From NCBI RefSeq assembly GCF_009914755.1, contig NC_060928.1: a stretch of 64,000 bases of DNA, one strand, 5' to 3'. Shown piece after piece: positions 23,684-37,665 of this stretch. Source of the stretch: the human T2T-CHM13v2.0 reference genome, Homo sapiens. Both the position numbers and the translations under genes were made by a program. Every line of letters starts with the position of its first letter. Position 1 is the first letter of the stretch. The notes beneath the pieces were generated by a model. The model worked only from the letters and a program-made list of their open reading frames with translations. It did not search any database and was not told the origin of the DNA.

Positions 23684-24053
23684 TAGTAATCCCCACTTAT
23701 CCATGGGGGATAAATTCCAAGATCCCCAGTGGATGCCTGAAACCATTGTTCATATCAAATCCTATGTATGCTATGTTTTTGCCTATACATACATACATAG
23801 ATACTTATGATAAAATGTAATGTGTAAATTAGGCACAGTTGGAGATTGACAACAATAATGAATAATTAAATAGAACAATAATAACAATTTACTGTAATAA
23901 AAGTTATGTGAATATAGTCTCTCCCTCTCTTTCAAAATATCTTATTGTTTGTAATATTTTCAGACTGTGATCGACTGTGCAGTCTGAAACTGTGATTGAC
24001 TGCGCAGAACTGAAACTGCAGAAAGCAAAACAAAAGATAAGTGTAGACTACTG
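23684..24053. mobile_element. MER44A-like TcMar-Tigger non-autonomous element
   Basis: TIR-like ends AGTAATCCCCACTTATC and GATAAGTGTAGACTACTG+TA; internal CCCCAGTGGATGCCTGAAACC. Confidence 0.8.
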
Positions 24054-24722
24054 TATAATGACATTAAAAATAAGCTGAAACACTGACATTTACATAGTTC
24101 TTATTATGTTCAGAATATTAACATTTTGATAAAGTTTAAGTTGAGAGTATCCTCATGAAATCTGATACATACAATAGACTTGAAGTATAAGTTACAAAGT
24201 CTTAACTGCCTCATTGTAAATTATAATGGCATGATTATTCCATCAACAATTGTTTGGTTTAATATTATTTCAGTGAAGACAGGTGCCATGCATTTTAGAT
24301 GATAAAAATTCTAAGTCTTGTCTGTGTTTTCCCTGAAATGAATCAAGGGATTAATGTTTTCCATGCCTCATATTCTTTAAGTCTTCATATTCACATCACA
24401 AAAAGAATTAAATAGAAAAGAAATTCTTTATATGTGTTTTAAATACTTACAAGTCTTATATTGTTTTAGAGGTTACAGGTATTATAGAGAAGTGCCACTT
24501 AACAATTTAAATAGAGGCAGAAATGAAGACAAAGATTAAAATTAGGCATCATTTTCTCATAAAACGTGAACAGACTTTTTAAAACTCCACTTATAAGTTT
24601 TAAAAAATCTCTCTGCAATTGATGAGTTGATTATGTAATAAATATTGAAGCCCTAATTAATTATTTGGAAATCTTTATCAATAAATAAGCCCTATGTTTC
24701 TAAAAATAGTTATGAAATATAT

Positions 24723-24797
24723 ATGTGTGTGTATATGTATGTGTATATGTGTGTGTGTGTGTGTGCATATGTGTGTGTTTGTGTGTATTTGTATGTG
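24723..24797. repeat. Degenerate (TG)n/(TA)n microsatellite
   Basis: Directly visible. Confidence 0.9.
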
Positions 24798-25947
24798 ACA
24801 TTTTAAGGCTTTATTACCATATGGCTGAATCGATGCCCTAATTTCAAATTGTTAATTTGGTACTGTCTTTTAAGTGCCTACTATATGCAAGGTACATATA
24901 CCAAATGTATGTCTTCCAAATTCCCTTGTTAAAAATCACCTGCCTCTTACTCAGGAACTACCAAGAGATCTATTTCATGTCTCTATATATGAAATGCTGC
25001 CCTTACCAATGCTGAAGTGTCTCCCATTTTCTGCCTATTTAAATTTCTTTGATTTCTTAGCAAAAACTGTGCATGTGTAATGAAATTTGGGACACTAGTT
25101 AATGGTGCTTGAATTAAACTCTTCATTTTTCTTTATAAGCTTCTCTTGGTTTCTGGACATGCCTTGTGATTAATATCAATATATATGAATTACTCAATGG
25201 TTTTGTTTTTATTTTTTTCACACTATCTATTTGCCTGAGCTTGTATGTCTTCATAACCAGTTATGACCAAACCTGTTGTTCAACCCTGGTTCATAACAAT
25301 CTAACCAAAATGGTATCATAACTCCAGGAGCAGAAGAATTTTTGTCAGATCTTAATGACAATTATAAGCAAGGAAAAGGATAAATGAAATTACATGATTT
25401 CTCATGTTCCATCATAGCTTGAGCTTTTAGGGCACCCTCTAAAAGAACTATTTGGACTATTTTGCTATGACCAAGCCATCAGTTGTTTCTCCTTTGGGGT
25501 TAATTCAGAAAGCAGCTAGGAATAAGTTTATTTCATGGAAAAACACAAACATGGAGGGACCAAATTAGTCATTTATGGGGACAATTAGATTTTAAAATTG
25601 CAATTTTATACACTACATAAAATCAAAGAAGAGAAATTTAAAAGTACTGCATCTAATGTTCCTTTCTTATTAATGGTGTTTTCTGTTCCAGTCACCATTT
25701 TGGCTTTCTTCAGAGTTTGTAATCAATAAAGACCCTGGCGTTTGAAGGGCATATTATTCTTTTTCCCTTTTTTTCATGCTAGAAACATCATCTCTATGAG
25801 TTCATCATGTACTCGATTAATTCTCAACAGCTGCTCTTTAATATTATTTTGAAGCCCCAGATAGTTGATCTGTGTTTTGAATTACCCACAGTGTTCTAAA
25901 ATGGGCATCTATATGTGATTTTTATAATCAGGAAAAAATAAGAGTGA

Positions 25948-26263
<316 letters not shown>

Positions 26264-27735
26264 CACATCTTTTGTTTAAATCATATTTATATCATTTTAC
26301 CTGGAAATAGCATTACAGCATAGACTTGGAAGAGAAGCAGCCAAGAAAACAAACAAGCAAGAAAACAAACAAACAAATAAATTAATATTTTTATTATAAA
26401 GTTTGAAGACCTATTCTGGTGGCAATGTGCTATGTGATTTCGAAATTATGCCCAATATAGGAAATTAACAGTAGCCCTGCATTGCTTCAGAGTTTTATTA
26501 TTTTTCTAAGTAAAATATATATGATGATAATAATTGGGAAACAAAGGAAAATAAAATAAAATTCTGACTAAAAACAAACAAAAAATAAGATTGTTTCTGA
26601 AGGAGAATATGGCTCTATATATTCTATATAAAGAATATATAGAGCAAACAAGTATAGTCTAACTTAATGAAGTGTTTTCACTCTTGTCATTTTAATTGGA
26701 AAAAATTTATTCTAGAAAGTAATATAGAAAGATAATAAAATGACATATCGATGAGGAATTTATCCCTTTGTACCTTTGCTGACCTTCATTACAGATTCAT
26801 TTTTAAATCATTTTGTTATTGATGGTAATAAATATATTTGATATTCACAGGAATTTCACTTGAAAAAGATAAAAGATTTCATAGTAGTAATAGAATGTTG
26901 GCTAAGTAGCTAATTATTGCATACTTAAATTTCCGGTCTTTAAAGTGACAAAAATTCTAGATCTTGCAATTAACGATATTAATATGTGTTGACATAAAAT
27001 GAGACTGTGTTGATCTAGGGGTGATAAACACTGCCATTTTTGGAGGATTATGTTTTAGCAAGTAAATTGTGTCCTTTGACTTAATAATAATTGCTTCTCG
27101 TTTGTCTCCACTCTTTTCGTTTTGCTTCGACTGTCCACAACAACCAGCTTTGTCCTCTAGAAGCATTTTAATTTTATCTATGACAGTTCAACTGTTACTC
27201 TCTATGCTCACAGTGGGAAAATGTCAGTGGAAAAATATCAGTATAAATATGATTTTTGTAAGATGCAAACATTTTGAAAATATAATCTATATGCCCACTT
27301 GTCATGTGTTTCTAAGCTGTACTATGTTGTTGTGGAAAACATTGGAAATTTATTTTTTAAAGTCGCCTAGCAGATGAAGGAAACACAATTAAGATGATCT
27401 TTTCCTAAATATACTTTGGCCCTTTATATGTAGACTGCAGTTATATTTTTATGTATTGTATACCTTGTTAATTATCCAAAATTATTTTTTTAAACTTGAT
27501 GTTAAATTGCTTTATAGAAATAAATTTATCATCTTTTATCAACGGTTAGCTGTCATAATTGCTGATAGGACTAATGTAATAATTACATTTTTATCTTAAA
27601 GAATTCTGTAGGTTTGTTTGAACAATCCAGACACAAAACTCTACCATATATATCAATCAAATATTTTACAACATATAAAATTATAGAGCAAAATATGACA
27701 TTTTAAAAGCTGAACATTAGTAATTTTAGATTTTC

Positions 27736-28124
27736 TGAATACATCAATTCTCACACTGCTATCAAGAACTACCTGAGACTGGGTAATTTATAAAGAAAAG
27801 AGGTTTAGTTGACTCACAGTTTCATAGGCTGTACAGGAATCATGGCTAGGGAGACCTCAGGAAACTTACCAGCATGGAGGAAGTGTGAAGGGGAAGCAAG
27901 CAGGTCTTCATGTGGCAGCAGGAGAGAGAGAAAGAGAGCACAAGGGGAAGTGCAACACCCTTTTAAACAATCAGATCTCTTGAGAATTCACTAACTGTGA
28001 GGAGAAGAACAAAGAGGAAATCTGTCCCCATGATCCAATCACCTCCCACCAGGTCCTTCCCTTAACATTGGGGATTTCAATTCAACATGAGATTTGTGTG
28101 GGTGCACAGAGCCAAACTATATCA
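27736..28124 (-). mobile_element. MSTA-like (ERVL-MaLR) solo LTR
   Basis: TACCTGAGACTGGGTAATTTATAAAGAAAAGAGGTTTA through ATCCAATCACCTCCCACCAGG to CCAAACTATATCA. Confidence 0.88.
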
Positions 28125-28384
28125 CTAAAAGTTTGTGTTCTCTAAGTAGCACAGCAAATTGTACATAAGAGGATCTAAGCAAATATTCTGCTACTATTGT
28201 CAGAAGCGGTGGACAATGCCTCAGGTGGATGTTGAGGGTGGCAAGATGACAGACTATAGAAATAAATTACTTCACTGGGAAAAACACCACTTTTTCTCAA
28301 GGAAAAAAAACAAGATCGAAGAAGAGAAAATGCATAAAAGCATTTGAGAAAAAATATACATATATGTATATATCTTGGATATTT

Positions 28385-31154
28385 ATTTTTAATTAAGCTG
28401 ACTTTTAAACACAGAGCTCTTTTAAAAATAATCCTTTTAAATCTCTTTATACCAGACAGACTATAGCCAGAACAAATAGCTGAAACTTCTGGCTTTTAAG
28501 CCATTTTTTTTTCTTTCCTCAAAGGTGTTTTCTCAAGTGAAACCAATAAGCATCACTAAGGTTTTCTGACTTAACCACAGATGCACAAGATGACTTCGGA
28601 GAGATGCCAAGCATCTAGAATCACCGCTAAGGTAGCTCAGAGAAAAGAAAATTCACGTCAGAAAATCAGAAACTGTACATGGAGGGAAAAAGAATAAATA
28701 AATGCAAAAGTCCTACAAGTGTCAAACCAGAAAAAACTGAGTCCCTAAGCCAGGAATTGAACCCTAGCCATCATTATGAAAGAGCAAATCTTTAGCTACT
28801 GAGCTGCAGTATGAGATGAGTGTTATATTGTTTTTTCCCAGAAGAAGGCTAGAACAGTCATTTTTGAGCTTGCAAAGGGTACACCTTTACAAGGGAAAAG
28901 AAACTGATGTAAAGCTGAGACGTCTTAAAACAGATTTTAGAATTAAAAGTCAGTATTTCTTGTGGTCTTACTATAAGCGAACCAATACTTAAATAAGAAA
29001 ACTTGTTTTAACACAGGGGACCAAAATTTAGAAAGATTATTATTTTTTCTTTTTTTAATTATACTTTAAGTTTTAGGGTACATGTGCACAACGTGCAGGT
29101 TAGTTACATATGTATACGTGTGCCATGTTGGTGTGCTGCACCCATCAGCTCGTCATTTAACATTAGGTATATCTCCTAATGCTATCCCTCCCCACTCCCT
29201 CAACCCCATAACAGGCCCCAGTGTGTGATGTTCCCTTTCCTGTGTCCATGTGTTCTCATTGTTCAATTCCCACCTATGAGTGAGAACATGCGGTTTTTGG
29301 TTTTTTCTCCTTGCGATAGTTTGCTGAGAAGGATGGTTTCCAGCTTCATCCATGTCCCTACAAAGGACATGAACTCATCATTTTTTATGGCTGCATAGTA
29401 TTCCATGGTGTATTATAAATAAATTTTATTTCAGTTATGGCTAATTTAATTATATATAATTTTTAAAATAAGCTCCCTTTTTATAAACCTTATCATGACT
29501 TACATAGATCATCTATGACATGCTTAGACTTTTTGACTTATCGTATACTTTTTTCTTTCCTAAAAAGTCATTCTACTTTAGGACAAGAATTTACCACACA
29601 TGATCCTTTCTCATATAACATTTATTTCCTTTTACCTTTATCACCAAAAATACATAATTGTATTCATAACCTTTGCATTTTTCTTTCCTACTGATTTTTT
29701 ATCTTTTTCACTTATTTCTGATTTCTTCTTAAATCGATATTTTAAGACCCACTTTTAAGTAATGTCCAATTGGCCAATTTTTTTTCAATAAGATCATATC
29801 TTCTTTGGCATATTTCATATACAGAATTATATACAAATTTTTATTAATCCTAAATTTCCATGAACTTATCACATGAACTTGAAAAATGCTTGGACTTAAC
29901 TTATGAATGGTCTTTTATTTATAAGCCTGTTTGGCACTCTGTAGACACAATATATAACATAATGAAATGTACATACACATAAACACATCTAGATATGTAT
30001 ACACACACATAAACAAAGATCCAATAGCTTTTATCTTAGGACTCTAGCCATGAAATAATAACACAAATTCACTGTTTTATAAATGATAGCTGGATCCAAA
30101 TTCTCTCTCTAAAAAACTGGGACTTTTCCACATGGCTAAGCTTGATTTCTAATTTGAATTTTTCTGATTGCCTAAAAGACTGCCTAGTGACTAGTTCTTC
30201 GGGACTGGCCATTGTCTCCATGTCTAATAAGGATCTATTAGACAAAAGTTTTTCTAAGTCTAGCAAGAGCTCAGTTATTTTCCTCTCAAATTCTCACCTC
30301 ATATAGCAAAGTGTAAAATAAAGTGACAATAAGAAAAATGGTAAAAATGTGTAAATTTGTAGAAATGCTATTACAGAAAATGATGACTTTAGGATAGAAA
30401 ACAAGAAAAGGGAAAACCATGATGTCCTTAGGGTGGACTCTAACTCACAATCCTAGAGAGAATGCCAATTCCAAACATTGCAGAGCATCCAGGGGCAGCC
30501 AGTGGTATTAAATGCCAAAAAACCCAGAGTATCCAAATATCAACTAACAAGGGTCCCTGCACCAAATGCCAAAAACTGAAACATCTTTGGGTTGCCAATA
30601 GTGAACCCCAAAGACACTAGGCCTAAAACAACTGGGGCCACAGAACAACATGATTTTGGCATTGCAAGGTCAACACAACAGGAGACATCTCACAACCAAG
30701 TGTCCTGCCTTAAACCATTGCCCAAATAGGTAAAGCAAAGACTACAAACACGATAATGAAATAAACATAAGCATGCATTTTGGCACTAAGAACAGAAAAG
30801 TAAAATTGCCAGTTATTAGAAATGAACGAGAAAAGGTCTGAGAGAAGGGGCAACAGATGGGCTACAAAGGACTTGGCTGGCCAGACGTGCTCCCATCTGG
30901 GGCACCCAGACAATGGCAGACTGCAACTGGGCTTCAAAGCCAGAAGCCTTACGGCCACTTCCCCATCTGTCCAAAATAAAGAATGTAGGGAAAGACAGAG
31001 GAACCAAAATCAAAGCGGGGCAGGGAAAAGACAGTAAGTTGAATCTAGACTATGGGAGACCCACCCACCAATTAGGTCTAAGTGATGCTGATTGATCTTA
31101 ATTTGGGGTCTTGGGGGATGTCTCCATTGTCACTTCATCAGTCATCAGAAAAGA
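28385..31154 (-). mobile_element. MER4-group ERV1 internal sequence (MER41-int-like), non-coding and 3'-truncated
   Basis: Abuts a MER41-type LTR through a degenerate PBS; no gag/pol ORFs; left boundary approximate. Confidence 0.6.
29045..29412 (-). mobile_element. Short 5'-truncated L1 (L1PA3-like) inserted in the ERV interior
   Basis: L1 3'UTR with GTTAGTTACATA diagnostic, T-tail, short TATTAT duplication. Confidence 0.92.
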
Positions 31155-31531
31155 TGTCACAGAGTGAGCCCTGAGGGCTGCTGCTGATTGGCTACTTTTA
31201 TGGTTTTTTTGATCATGTGCTAAACAAGGCGTGGATTATTCATGAGTTTTGGAAACGGACAGGGCATTTTTGAAACTGAGAGTTCATCTTTCTTTCAGAC
31301 CATACAGAGTAACTTCTGGATGTTGCCATGGTATTTGTAAACTGCCTTGGCACTGATGGGAGTTTCCTTTAGTATGATAGTATATTATAATTTGCATATA
31401 ATGAGCAGTGAGGACAACCAGAGGTTGCTTTTTTTGCCATCTTGGTTTTGGCAGATTTTCGCCAACTTCTTTACCGCATCCTGTTTTATCAGTATGGTCT
31501 TGTAAAACAATCCTGCTGAATTCCTAATTCA
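31155..31531 (-). mobile_element. MER41-family 5' LTR with internal deletion
   Basis: TG..CA ends; GTTGCCATGG..TTTGTAAACTG, TAATGAGCAGTGAGGAC..CCAGAGG, GCCATCTTGGTTTTGG, CTGTTTTATCAG. Confidence 0.8.
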
Positions 31532-32113
31532 CTCCCATTAAAGTCTCTTAGTCTTATTTAACCGTTTGGGTAAAATTTCTCCCCCTCTCTCCTTCCACAG
31601 TACTTTGATCTTATCTCTGTAATACACTTACAACTTTGTCTTGCGATTCTATTTGCATGTCTGTTTAGGGACAAAGGGATGTTTTATTCAACTTCTACCC
31701 TCTGTACCTTCCTCAGACCTAGCACATGTTGTTGCTCAGAAAATGTTGAATTAGTGTATGAGCACAAGAAGCAGAGTTTTAAATATTCTAGTCCTCTATG
31801 TAGGTTATCTGTATATTGAAGGAAATTTTTCCCAAAGGGATAACATTAAGTAAAGCCAATGATTATTAAAATTTTTTTTCAGAATTTTCATCTAGTTAAT
31901 TTTCTTATAATCAGAAAAAAATGCAGTTCAGAAAATATTTTTTCATGTCATGAGCAAAATTCTAGTAAAGAACCAGAAGTAAAATATAAAATATGCATAT
32001 GTTTCTTGTTTGTGTTTTTGAAACTGAAGAACTCTTGTGGTTGGCTTGTATTTCAACTCACATTTTTTAATTCATCCAAATAAATGTTTTTCAGCATTTA
32101 AATATTAACTTTA

Positions 32114-32420
32114 GGCCGGGCATGGTGGCTCACGCCTGTAATCCTAGTGCTTTGAGAGGCCAAGGCAGGTGGATTGCCTGAGCTCAGGAGTTCGAGACCA
32201 GCCTAGGCAACATGATGAAACCCTGTCTCTACTAAAAAATACAAAAAATTAGCCAGGCATGGTAGTGTGTGCCTGTAGTCCCAGCTATTCAGGAGGCTGA
32301 GTCAGGAGAATGGCTTGAACCTGGGAGGCGGAGGTCACATTGAGCCAAAATTGTGCCATTGCACTCCAACCTGGATGACAGAGTGAGACTCCGTGTCCAA
32401 AAAAAAAAAAAATAAATAAA
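32114..32420 (+). mobile_element. AluS (Sz-like)
   Basis: Alu dimer, A-tail, TAACTTT flanks. Confidence 0.93.
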
Positions 32421-35400
32421 TAACTTTCAAAAATAACAAGAATTGTTAAACATTGTTAAACTAAATAATAGGTTCTATGCTACATTCTATATTTCACTCA
32501 CATTGCTTTTCATTTTGGACATCAGGTATTCTTTTTAAGCTTGTATGCCAATAATTTGGTTCTGTTCCTAAAAAATAAATGAATAGATTTGGTTGACGCA
32601 CTCTCGTTTCAGTTCTCTTGTCTCAAATAAAATCTTTAACTAGTTATTGCATACGTTTACTATCTTTTATTCAAAATTTTGACAACTAACAAGGAAAACT
32701 GAAGAATTAAATGAAGCATAAAGGAATGTGGTTTTGTACACAGAAATAAAATCCAAGCATGAAAGAACACACTAGTTTTGTTCTTAACACTGATTGCTAT
32801 TTGCTAAAACAGCAGTGATTACTTCTTTCCTGCATCCGCAATAAAGTCATAATGGCTCAGAACAAAGCTTAAAAAAAAATAGACATGTTGAAAGTTGTGC
32901 CATTATTCCTTACTGCCCTTCCTTTGTCCCTGAAAAATGCAAAAAAAAAAACAATAAGAGGCTTGTAAGAGAGAAAGGAGAAAATAATAAAGAATGATAG
33001 AGGACTTTATACCGTCTAAACATTATTTGAAAAAAACATACAACTATTAAATTTCAAACTGTGACAGTTAATCTCTGTGATTTTTATAGTTTATTTTTCT
33101 TACATGAAAAATTGCTACATTCTTTCTGGACAAGAGAAATTGAGATAGAGATAGAAATATATATATATGTATCATATATAGAGGTAGAAAAAGACAAAAA
33201 TACAATCATTTCATACATTTTATAGTCTATAATGGTCAATTTAAGCTATACAGCAGTTATTCAGTATGGAATATTGGAGAGAAAGAGATAAAGGTATGAT
33301 TTTATGTATATCCATTACCATTCTTTTTTAATCAAGGTAGGACTGTTCCTCATCTGGCCACTTCTCTTCAGGGCCTCTAAATTGTGAATGCCAGGAGCAA
33401 ATGTAAAGGCTAATTTCGATGATTACTTTGAATTCTTTTTTAGTTGTGCTAGCTTTCATTTCTACAGAAAATCTGCTTTTAAAAGATGATTTCCATTTTC
33501 TAACAAACATTTGACAACTCAGTGAGAAGATTCAATTTTATTTTATATAGATATTTTATATTTTATATGGATATAATATTAGTAAGCATGAACATAAAAG
33601 AACTCTGAAAATGAAGAATTTTCATAAATGTAACCGATAATGTAGTGTGCTTATATAGAAATACCTTAGGGCTGAAATGTTAATTCATGTGTGAATCTGG
33701 TTTCATTGTGTGGTTTTAGGTTAAATATATTTAATTGTTTATCTTTTGGTTGGATGACTGGGAAAGTAATGGATGCACAAGAATTTTTAGGATTTTGGAA
33801 AAATTGTACTGAAAATTGCCTCTCAGAAAAGCAGTTACGTTGGGTATACAGTGAGTATAAGAATGAAGTTGTTCATAAAATCTAATAAAGGAGGAATAAA
33901 ATTTGGTTAGTTTGGTCTATTTATCTATACATTCATTTATCTCACCTTGAATGTCCTTCAACAATCTGGTTTATTAAAATTAAAGTTGTCCTTTTTCTGG
34001 ATTTTTTTTCATTTAGACCTCACAGACTTGTTCAGTTTGTTTCTAGATGAAACAAACTTGTTATCTTGCTCACATGAGGTTTCTTCCCCGCTACATTTGG
34101 AATCATTTAAATTTTTCTCTACATAGGAATCCTCCAATCTTTCTCAGCGTTATAGCATTTGGGCCTAACCTCCCTCAAGAAAGGAGCAAACTCTAAGTGA
34201 TTCCATATGTCCTCCTATTGAAAATCATTAATTCCGAGCTTTAGTATAGTGATGAGACATTTAGGGAACATTTGGGTATTGCTGTCAAGTAATTTTATTG
34301 CCTCCTTCATGAATTAGTTCCACTACAGTATCAGATGTAATGGAGACTGTTGAAGTTTCATTACTGGTAACCGGGTGATCTAGCTTAATTATAGTATAAT
34401 TAATATCTTTTTTATTTAAAACATAATGCTGATTTTAACATAATTAAGCACTTAAGCTCATTGACAATAGAAATAACTTTATCTTAAAGGTTGATTGTCT
34501 TATCTCAAATACTATAACTAAATTTGGGGTATCTGATTTCTTGACATTTGCTAAACAACCTTACTAAAATAGGATTAGCATATATTGTTTTAATATATTT
34601 CTTTTTTAGGAAACTTTGAATTTTAAGATATTTTGTTAAGCTAATATGTGTGTGTAAATAAATAAATCACACACACCCATTTAATAAATTAAAAGATTCA
34701 GTCTCAGGTGGAAATCGCAATCATAGAAGAGTTTGGGAATTAATACGTTTTTGCTATTGTGTATTTTCACATATGTGTGTCAATGAGTATGTGGATGTGT
34801 TTGTGTGCAAAAAGAGCGTTTTTTATAGCATAAAGTAGGTAATTGTTTCATTTAATATCTAAGCAGAAGGCCAAGTTTTACTTCACACTTCCTTTTTAGA
34901 AGGTTTAGACATATGAAGTGCAAGGATTCTTCTGTTAAAGAATAATATTCCAGGAGACTTTGTCTACAGCACCTGGGAAGTGTAATAAAAAACAAAGAAT
35001 AATAAGAGTGATGCATTGTTCCATATCCTATAAAAGAACTTTCTGAAATTTGCTAAGTCGTTTGCCATCTACATGTAAGAATAAGACAGTTATACTGATT
35101 AAAACAAGGAATTGAGTCATATTTTCTACCACTACAATTGCAATCATTTTTTTTATAACTATGTGAAATGCAATTTCCTTAAGCCAAGTACCATCTTTAA
35201 CCTGAAAGTGTAAACCCTTGACTTAGAACAATTTTAGAGATTAACCTTTTCATTCTGCCTTCTTCCTGTCAGCTGATTTCTGGATCATTGTGCTTGAACG
35301 TTATTATCACAATTATTTCCTGATTTTTTCCCCTCATTTATTAGTTCCAGTTGCATCCTGAATTACAGCAGAATGATGGTTAGATGTATATTGGGTTTAC

Positions 35401-36599
35401 TCATGTCACCTTCACTGCTCATAGCTGGGTGGGCTAGCACATTGATTAGCATACTTGAATATTTAAAACGTGCTTTATAGAACTAAATATTTGGGTTATG
35501 AATATTAACATATTCAATGAATATAGAAACAATTTTATCTAACCAATTGTTTTGCTATCTCAAAAATCATAACTAAATTTTTATGGGACATAGTGATTAA
35601 ATCTGTGTCTAAAAGCAATTAATGCCCTATATCTGTAGTAATGTCAGATTTTCATGGTTTATTAATCTCACAGTGTGCTAGAACTTTAACATTTCTCCTT
35701 AGATGTGCTCATTCACATTGGAACATAAGATATGATATTGAAAGAATTCTTAAAGGACAAATGCAGGCAAAAATAAATGAAATGGAATAAATATATCCTA
35801 TAATATGCAGAAAAATATTCCATTACCAATAACGTCATGCATTTTAAAACTCTATTCTTTTAGGTATTTATTGCTTTTTAACCTTCGCTGAAATGAGACT
35901 GAGATCAATAAAGGTATTAAATGGTTTCTAAATAGCCAAAATACGCAAGTATTTTTGTTTTCTAAGGTGAATTCTTTAGTGAACTTTTTGAAATGTAATA
36001 ATTGGCATTGTCTTTCAAGTTACCATTACAAAAACAAGTGAGAATTAAAGTAGAAACTATAACATTAATTTTTTTTATGTCTTATCTTAAAAATAAACCC
36101 TTGGAACATACATTTCAACTGGCTTAATCACATATGAGACAAAGAAATGAGAAGTTATAACTAGGCAAGTCCTGGACTTCAACGTTGTCTTTTCCAGCTT
36201 TTCCATGACACTATTGCAATCAAATGTTATCTTTCTTTCATGCTTTGGAACATTCCTATTGCAACAATGAGGAGAAGAAGATTTGGGGAAATATAGCAGA
36301 TTAAGAGCTTGAGCTGTGTGCTGCTGCCATGAGCAGCCATAAACACCTGCTCACTGATGACATCTCATAGCTAGTGTTATAATTGAAGTTGTAGTGATAT
36401 CTCCAGAGAGATCATAGAGCAAAGGATAGGCCCAGCAGTAGAAAAAGACTCTGGGCCTTCGTGGTGCTCAGTAAGAGTTGATGATGAGTCACAGTAGCAG
36501 GGTCCTGGCCCAGACCTCCGATGACCACATGGACAAGGAAGTTGATGCAGGGGAAGGAGTCTGTGAGCCATTGTGGCCCAATGAGCACATCCTAACTCA

Positions 36600-37665
<1,066 letters not shown>

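Noticed and set aside
31244-31280. STAT1/GAS enhancer in the MER41-type LTR
   Set aside because: The corresponding positions read TTTTGGAAA and TTTTTGAAA, so no intact TTCN3GAA is present
33328-33510. 60-aa minus-strand ORF as a coding exon
   Set aside because: No recognisable homology or convincing splice-site pair
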